From an uncultured virus (IMG/VR IMGVR_UViG_2687453726_000008) (taxonomy: Duplodnaviria > Heunggongvirae > Uroviricota > Caudoviricetes), in the IMG/VR virus record IMGVR_UViG_2687453726_000008: a stretch of 22,869 bases of DNA; one strand, 5' to 3'. A program made the position numbers and the translations under genes. Of this stretch, positions 17,155 through 22,869 are shown one piece after another; the first letter of the stretch is position 1; the number at the start of each line of letters is the position of its first letter. The notes below the pieces were generated by a model. It searched no databases and was not told where the DNA came from. It worked only from the letters and a program-made list of their open reading frames with translations.

Positions 17155-17376
17155 GTGTTAGTTAGATGTCAGTGGAAAACTTGCATTAATTACAAGGATG
17201 GAATGTGTAAAGCTCCTGCAATAGAACTTAAGAGCTTTGACTATGAAGAAGATAATGAGGAACTTGAGGGATTAAAATGCGACAGTTATAAATATGATTC
17301 CTTTTGGATGTGTAAAGAAGGTAGAGAAGTTGACTCTAAAGATTTTAATAAGGAGGCTGATGTAGTTGGCAAATAA
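17155..17376 (+). CDS. Small Cys-rich phage protein (DUF1540-like)
   Basis: GTG 17155 after GAGGAGG. Motif VRCQWKTCINYKDGMCKAPAI. Confidence 0.7.
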   Translation: MLVRCQWKTCINYKDGMCKAPAIELKSFDYEEDNEELEGLKCDSYKYDSFWMCKEGREVDSKDFNKEADVVGK

Positions 17377-18199
17377 TCAGATACAAGCATATGTGATAGG
17401 TGCATTAAATGAGAAATTAACTAGTATGTTAGAAATAGAAAAGAAGGCACTCCCAGAAGGTTTTAATGGACTTAGGTTTAAGCAAAATGTTCTAAGGGTT
17501 TTAAATACTGTTAACTTAGAAAATATGAAAGGGCAGGAGTTTAACCTTGCTAAATGTATAATGCGTGGAGCATATCTGGACTTAGATTTTGCTAACAATG
17601 AATGCTATGTAATTACCTACAAGGGCAAACCGGAATTTATGACAGATTACAAAGGCGAAACCAAGCTTGTTAGGAAGTTTAGTTCTAAAAAAATTAAAGA
17701 TATTTATGCAAAGCTAGTTCGTTATGGTGATGAGTTTGAAGAAGGTGTTGACCATGGTAAGCCATATGTAAACTTTAAGCCAAAGCCATTTAATAATGAT
17801 GATATTACGGGAGTTTTTGCAGTTGTTTATTACGAAGATGGTGCGATGGAATACGAAACAATGTCTAAGGAAGAGGTTGAGTATATTCGAGACAATTGGA
17901 GCAAAAAGGATAAGTATGGGAAGTTTTCTGCTGCATGGGTAAAGAGCTTTGGTGAAATGGCAAAAAAGACTGTTTTGAGAAGACTTTGCAAACATATAAA
18001 TATTGATTTTGATAACATTAAGCAGCTTGAAGCATGGGAAGAAGGTTCGGATATGGAATTTGAAAATGAAAAACCCAAAGAAGCTGCTACAGAAAAAAGT
18101 GATCTTGAAAAAGAATTAGAGGAGAATGAGGACATTGTTAAACAAACTGATTTTGTAGATACTCCATTTGAGGAGGTTAATGAATATGGTGATAACTAA
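17366..18199 (+). CDS. recT: RecT-family single-strand annealing protein
   Basis: Motifs ECYVITY, DYKGE, MSKEEVEYIR, W...FGEMAKKTVLRRLCK; acidic tail. Confidence 0.92.
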   Translation: MANNQIQAYVIGALNEKLTSMLEIEKKALPEGFNGLRFKQNVLRVLNTVNLENMKGQEFNLAKCIMRGAYLDLDFANNECYVITYKGKPEFMTDYKGETKLVRKFSSKKIKDIYAKLVRYGDEFEEGVDHGKPYVNFKPKPFNNDDITGVFAVVYYEDGAMEYETMSKEEVEYIRDNWSKKDKYGKFSAAWVKSFGEMAKKTVLRRLCKHINIDFDNIKQLEAWEEGSDMEFENEKPKEAATEKSDLEKELEENEDIVKQTDFVDTPFEEVNEYGDN

Positions 18200-18953
18200 A
18201 GAGAATTATTACAGCATAGAAGCCGATTTAAGCACTATGTCAGTATCACAGTACAAACTATTTAAGCAATGTGAATTAATGGCTATGGCAAAGCTAAAAG
18301 GGGAATATAAACAGAGTGAAAGTGATGCATTCCTATTAGGCAAATATATTCATTCATGGAGTGAAGGAACTTTAGATGATTTTAAAAAAGAAAATCCAAG
18401 CTTATATTCAACTCAAGGCAAAACTAAAGGGGAATTAAAATCAACTTTTAAAGTAGCTGAAACAATGGTTAAGTCCTTAGCAGATGATTCGAATTGTATG
18501 AAATTTTTGCAAGGCAAAAAAGAAGTAATCATTCAAGGCGAATTATTTGGTATTAAGTGGCGTGGAATGGTTGATGTATTGAACTTAGAAAAAGGATTCT
18601 TTACAGATTTAAAGACAACCCAAGGAATCCATAAAAAATATTGTGGATTGACCTTTATTGAGCATTACGGGTATATAGAACAAATGGCAATTTATAGAGA
18701 GTTAATTAAACAACAATTTGGCAAAGACTTAATTCCATACATTGTTGCAATAGAAAAGAATGATAATCCGCTTAAAGCAATAATTAAAGTAGATGAAAGG
18801 TACACCACACCAAAGCTTGAGGAAATTGAGTACAACATCGGGCGCATTATAAAAGTTAAAAGTGGAGAAGAAAATCCAATTGCGTGTGGTTTATGTGATT
18901 ATTGCAGAGCTAATAATAAGGTAACTCAAATTTTAACAATAGAAGAATTGTAG
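18186..18953 (+). CDS. PD-(D/E)XK exonuclease (RecE/DUF3799-like), RecT partner
   Basis: Motifs ENYYS, MSVSQYK, G.VD, DLKTT, Y..QMAIY, CGLCDYC. GAGGAGG RBS favours ATG 18186. Confidence 0.88.
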   Translation: MVITKENYYSIEADLSTMSVSQYKLFKQCELMAMAKLKGEYKQSESDAFLLGKYIHSWSEGTLDDFKKENPSLYSTQGKTKGELKSTFKVAETMVKSLADDSNCMKFLQGKKEVIIQGELFGIKWRGMVDVLNLEKGFFTDLKTTQGIHKKYCGLTFIEHYGYIEQMAIYRELIKQQFGKDLIPYIVAIEKNDNPLKAIIKVDERYTTPKLEEIEYNIGRIIKVKSGEENPIACGLCDYCRANNKVTQILTIEEL

Positions 18954-18961
18954 GTGATTGA

Positions 18962-19756
18962 ATGGCTAAAGTGTACTATTGGCTTAAATTAAATAAGGAT
19001 TTTTTCAAAGGTAAAGAAATTAAGAAACTAAGGAAAATAGCTGGTGGAGATACTTACACAATAATATATTTGAAGCTTCAATTACTTAGTCTTAAGGATG
19101 AAGGAAAGCTGTATTTTGATGGAATAGAAGAAACATTTGCGGAAGAATTAGCCTTAGAACTAGATGAAGATTCAGACAATGTAAGTTTTGTATTAATGTA
19201 TCTAAAAAAGTGCGGATTACTGAAAGAAATTTCAGATTCAGAGTTACTTTTGAATGAGGTTCCAACGTCAATAGGAAAAGAGACAGATAAGGCTCAACTA
19301 ATGAGAAATAAACGCTTTAAGAATAAAAAATTAATAGAAAGTGGTAACAATGTTACCGAAGAGTTACCACCTGTTACTTTTTGTTACACAGAGATAGAGA
19401 TAGAGAAAGAGATAGAGAAAGATATAGATATAAATAAAAAAACTAAAAAAAGAAAAATAACTTCGATTGATTCTTTAATTAACAACTATACCAGTAATGA
19501 AGAATTGAGAAATACTTTAGTTGATTTTATAAAAATGAGAAAGTCAATTAAAAAACCTATGACGGATAGAGCTTTACAGATAATGCTTAAGAAGCTAAAG
19601 GGCTTATCGGAAAATGAAGAAATACAAATTAAAATTTTAGAAAATAGCATAGAGCATTGTTGGCAAGGCATATTCGAACTTAAAGAAGACCATAAGAACC
19701 AGACAACTATATCTAACAATAAAAAACAATATGATGCATTTCAATTTGATGAATAG
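18962..19756 (+). CDS. Phage replisome organizer / replication initiator
   Basis: N-terminus YYWLKLNKDFF...IKKLRKIAGGDTYTIIYLKL; EIEIEKEIEKDID linker. Confidence 0.9.
   Translation: MAKVYYWLKLNKDFFKGKEIKKLRKIAGGDTYTIIYLKLQLLSLKDEGKLYFDGIEETFAEELALELDEDSDNVSFVLMYLKKCGLLKEISDSELLLNEVPTSIGKETDKAQLMRNKRFKNKKLIESGNNVTEELPPVTFCYTEIEIEKEIEKDIDINKKTKKRKITSIDSLINNYTSNEELRNTLVDFIKMRKSIKKPMTDRALQIMLKKLKGLSENEEIQIKILENSIEHCWQGIFELKEDHKNQTTISNNKKQYDAFQFDE
19343..19431. repeat. Putative phage replication origin (iterons within rep)
   Basis: GGTAAC plus GTTAC at 19352, 19363, 19373 and 19383, followed by GAGATA/GAGAAA repeats and an A-rich tract. Confidence 0.7.
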
Positions 19757-19774
19757 CTAAATAGAGGTGATTAG

Positions 19775-21088
19775 ATGGATACAGAACAGTTACAAATACT
19801 ACCGCAAAATATAAGAGCTGAACAAGAACTCTTATCAGGTATATTTTATAACCCTAAGATAATAGTACAAGCAGTAAATGAGTTGAAAACAAATGATTTT
19901 TATAGATCAAGCCATCAATTAATATTTAACGCAATGTGTGCATTATTTGCAGACGGGAAAGAAATAGGAATAACGCCCATTATAGAGGTTTTAGGAAAAG
20001 ACAGTCTAGTATACGTCGGAGGGGTTTCATACCTCACAGAACTAATGACAGGTGGGTTTAAATTAAATGTAAAACAATACGTGGACATTATAAAAGATAA
20101 GTCCTTCAGAAGAAAGGCGATAAAATCATTAAATTCAGCTATGAATGCATTGTATGACGATAAAATTAAACCAGATGTTTCAATTAGTAAAATGTCAAAT
20201 GAATTAAGCCAAACAGAAGACAAAAGCCAAATACTAAATGATACGCAGTTACTTAATGCCACAATATCAAAGATAGAAGAAAGATATGCTAATGGTGGAG
20301 ATATTCCAGGCATGAAAACAGGATTTCATGACTTTGATAGAGCAACAAATGGAATGAATAAAGGAGACTTATTTGTAATCGGTGCTCGTCCATCAATGGG
20401 GAAAACAGTTACTGCTTTAAACATAGCTGACGGACTAGCGAAAAACGGTAATAATGTGCTTGTATTTGAAATGGAAATGGTAGAAACAGCATTGGGAAAT
20501 AGGAGATTGGCTTTCAATTCAAATGTTGAAGCACAGAAATTAAAAACAGGAAAACTTAATGCAGAAGAGTTTGAAAGAATACTTATGGCAGCTAACAAAT
20601 TATCTAAGAGAAATGGAATATTTACAGATTGCAGCAGCTACCAAAACACATTAACTATAAAAGCTAAGACTAAAGCAGTAAAACAAACTCATGGTTTAGA
20701 TGTGGTAATTGTAGATCACTTAACGTTAATGGACATACCTAACACTGGAAATAGATCGTCAGATATTGGTGAAGTTACAAGACAATTAAAGATGATGGCT
20801 AAAGAATTAGAAGTAACAGTAATCGTATTATCACAATTATCTAGAAAAGTTGAAGAGAGGGCAGATAAGAGACCAACATTGGCGGATTTAAGAGAATCTG
20901 GGAATATTGAACAAGATGCAGACTTGATAATGTTCTTGTATCGTGATGAATATTACAACAAAGAAACAGAAGACAGAAATATTATTGAATGGATAATAGC
21001 GAAGCAAAGAGATGGAGCAGTTGGAACACTTAAATTCTATTACTTGGATAAGCTCCAAAAGATCGCAAATATAGATTGTTTAAGGTAA
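19775..21088 (+). CDS. dnaB: DnaB-family replicative helicase (phage)
   Basis: Motifs GARPSMGKT, IVDHL, LSQLSR, DLRESGNIEQDAD, AKQRDG. Confidence 0.95.
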   Translation: MDTEQLQILPQNIRAEQELLSGIFYNPKIIVQAVNELKTNDFYRSSHQLIFNAMCALFADGKEIGITPIIEVLGKDSLVYVGGVSYLTELMTGGFKLNVKQYVDIIKDKSFRRKAIKSLNSAMNALYDDKIKPDVSISKMSNELSQTEDKSQILNDTQLLNATISKIEERYANGGDIPGMKTGFHDFDRATNGMNKGDLFVIGARPSMGKTVTALNIADGLAKNGNNVLVFEMEMVETALGNRRLAFNSNVEAQKLKTGKLNAEEFERILMAANKLSKRNGIFTDCSSYQNTLTIKAKTKAVKQTHGLDVVIVDHLTLMDIPNTGNRSSDIGEVTRQLKMMAKELEVTVIVLSQLSRKVEERADKRPTLADLRESGNIEQDADLIMFLYRDEYYNKETEDRNIIEWIIAKQRDGAVGTLKFYYLDKLQKIANIDCLR

Positions 21089-21099
21089 AGGAGAAATAA

Positions 21100-21495
21100 A
21101 TGGTAGTAGTTGAAGGAACAATAAAAGGTAAAGGACGGCCTAGATTTTTTAATGGACATGCAACAACTCCTGGAGATACAGTGACTTATGAAAATTGGGT
21201 AAGAATTTGTTATCAGCAGCAGGATAGAAGGTATTTAGAAGGTTCTATAAAGGCAACAATTATAGCTTACTACAAAATACCTAAGAGTTATTCAAAGAAA
21301 AGGTTAGAAGCGATAAGGGCGGGGATAGAGCGTCCACAGAAGAAACCTGATATTGATAATGTAGCTAAGGTTATTTTGGATAGTTTAAATAAAATTGCCT
21401 ATAAGGACGATAGCCAGATCACAGAATTGATTGTTAAGAAAGTATTTACTGAAGAATTAGAAAGAGTCGAATTTGAATTGGAGGTAATAAGATAA
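21100..21495 (+). CDS. rusA: RusA-family Holliday junction resolvase
   Basis: Motifs GKGRPRF, KKPDIDNVAKVILDSLNKIAYKDDSQI. Confidence 0.93.
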   Translation: MVVVEGTIKGKGRPRFFNGHATTPGDTVTYENWVRICYQQQDRRYLEGSIKATIIAYYKIPKSYSKKRLEAIRAGIERPQKKPDIDNVAKVILDSLNKIAYKDDSQITELIVKKVFTEELERVEFELEVIR

Positions 21496-21920
21496 TGGGT
21501 AAAACAAGTGAATTAGTGGATTTAAGTAAGAGAGTATTAAGTATAGATATTGATAGTCCTGTATTTAATGCAATGTTAACTGATTTAAATGAGGAAATAC
21601 AAAGAGTTATAAAAAGTGTATATAATGGTGAATTTGCAAGTGGGGAAATATCTTTAAAATTGGATTTAAAAATAAGAGATGCTTATAAGGAAATACCTGC
21701 AACAGATGATTACGGGAATATAATAAATGATAAATATGAATATAAAAAACCTACTTTTGAACACAAGATAACATCAACTTTAAAGAAGCAATATAATTCA
21801 AAAGGTTGCTATGACGAGAATAAAGAAGTTGTATGGGATGATATAAATGGAAAATATGTAGTGCAACCACTAATAAATCCTCAAATGAATTTCATGGATA
21901 TAAATAAGAACAGAGGGTAA
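21495..21920 (+). CDS. Hypothetical phage protein
   Basis: GGAGGT RBS; TAATG coupling with rusA. Confidence 0.8.
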   Translation: MGKTSELVDLSKRVLSIDIDSPVFNAMLTDLNEEIQRVIKSVYNGEFASGEISLKLDLKIRDAYKEIPATDDYGNIINDKYEYKKPTFEHKITSTLKKQYNSKGCYDENKEVVWDDINGKYVVQPLINPQMNFMDINKNRG

Positions 21921-22027
21921 GTGAGTTCTTGCAGGACTAGGAGTGTTAGCAGCAGGGATTACAATTGCTAATGTTAAGGTTACTGCAAATTAAGAGGGGA
22001 TTATTCCCCTCAACATAATAAATTGAG

Positions 22028-22683
22028 GTGAGAATATTGGAAAAACCAATTTTATTTAATACAGATATGGTTAAGGCAATTCTTGAAGGAAGAAAAACAA
22101 CCACGAGAAGAATTATAAAGAATGTTGGGAATAGAGAACTACTAGAACATGAAGGCGAATATTACAAATTTGGATATAGATCTAATGCAGTTGCTGGAAC
22201 AATATACAGTGCTATTAATTGGTGCAAACCCAAGTTTGAAATTGGAGACATACTTTATGTTAGAGAAACATGGTTGGCGCATTCAGAGGAGTTAATACAC
22301 TAGCTTTTAAATATAAGGCAGATAGTGAGGTTAATGATTGTATATCTTTTACAAAAGAGAGATTTAATAAATTCTATAAATTTGCAGATCAAGAAAAGTG
22401 GCAGCCGTCATTATTTATGCCGAAAGAAGCAGCAAGGATATTTCTAAAAATAAAAAAGATTTATCCTGAAAGATTAAAAATGATTGAAGCAGGTGAATGT
22501 AAAAAGGAAGGAATAAAGCTAGATTTTGAAATTACTGACTCATTTACTGCAAGTGAATATATATCAGCTTTTGAAGATTTATGGAATAGCACTCTAAATA
22601 AATCTCAAGTCAAATATATGTGGCATGAAAATCCTTGGGTATGGGTAATTGAATTTGAAAGGGTGGGGAAATATGAAATTTAA
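22028..22683 (+). pseudogene. ASCH/PUA-like phage protein split by a frameshift
   Basis: N-half KPILFNTDMVKAILEGRKTTTRR...LYVRETW and C-half KWQPSLFMPKEAARI...NPWVWVIEFE belong to one protein family but lie in different frames (shift ~22271-22300). Confidence 0.8.
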
Positions 22684-22869
22684 ATCGAATTAGAAGAAAA
22701 AGTAGTTTACAGACATACTTTAACAGTTGAAGCTGACTCAGATGTTGAAGTAGAGTATGCGTTAGATGTTTTGGAAAGAGACGGTATGCATCCAGATGAT
22801 ATTGAGGGATATTTAAGCGATAACAATGTGAAAATACTTGAATTTGATAAGGACGAAAGTGGAGAAGTT
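22673..22869 (+). pseudogene. Partial phage gene with an apparent 1-bp deletion near its start
   Basis: GGGTGGGG RBS then ATG AAA TTT AAA hits a stop. The adjacent frame is open from 22684 to the window end (IELEEKVVYRHTLTVEAD...). Confidence 0.6.

Larger units (their letters stand above)
12064..22869. mobile_element. Prophage left arm (integration, lysogeny switch, recombination and replication modules), continuing beyond the window
   Basis: Canonical order: int - immA - repressor | cro - recT - exonuclease - rep - dnaB - rusA. Confidence 0.95.

Noticed and set aside
16878..20598. Minus-strand ORFs within the early and replication operon
   Set aside because: Shadows of recT, rep and dnaB. 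ORF 16878-17138 begins inside the antisense promoter -10 (MCYN = TGTGTTATAAT) and so is unlikely to be translated.
21994..22011. GAGGGGA-TTA-TTCCCCTC hairpin as a terminator
   Set aside because: No U-tract on either strand; at most a processing or stability stem.

Overview
AT-rich Clostridium-type DNA (C. beijerinckii-like gene content) that spans a junction between two mobile regions. Left part (1-11970): accessory or cargo DNA typical of a prophage right end. It holds an orphan MglB-like sugar-binding protein, secreted proteins and lipoproteins, a cell-wall-binding protein, a ComEC-like metallo-beta-lactamase-fold lipoprotein, XRE/HTH regulators, MgtC, an IS3 and an IS982, plus a dense set of ORF-less promoter-hairpin cassettes that look like small RNAs. 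Right part (12064-22869): the left arm of a temperate phage, with a large serine integrase, ImmA-like protease, repressor/Cro switch with five operators, ParB-like protein, Spo0E-like fusion, RecT, PD-(D/E)XK exonuclease, replisome organizer with iterons, DnaB helicase, RusA and two frameshifted genes. The most striking signal is missing from the ORF track. A 93-bp, 31-codon internal piece of a PilB/GspE/ComGA-type pilus ATPase gene (Walker A through the EDP Asp box) lies between two att-like half-sites. On the opposite strand it interrupts an XRE-HTH reading frame that has no start codon of its own. Removing the 93 bp restores a symmetric attP-like site and a 99-aa HTH gene placed directly behind the integrase stop codon.
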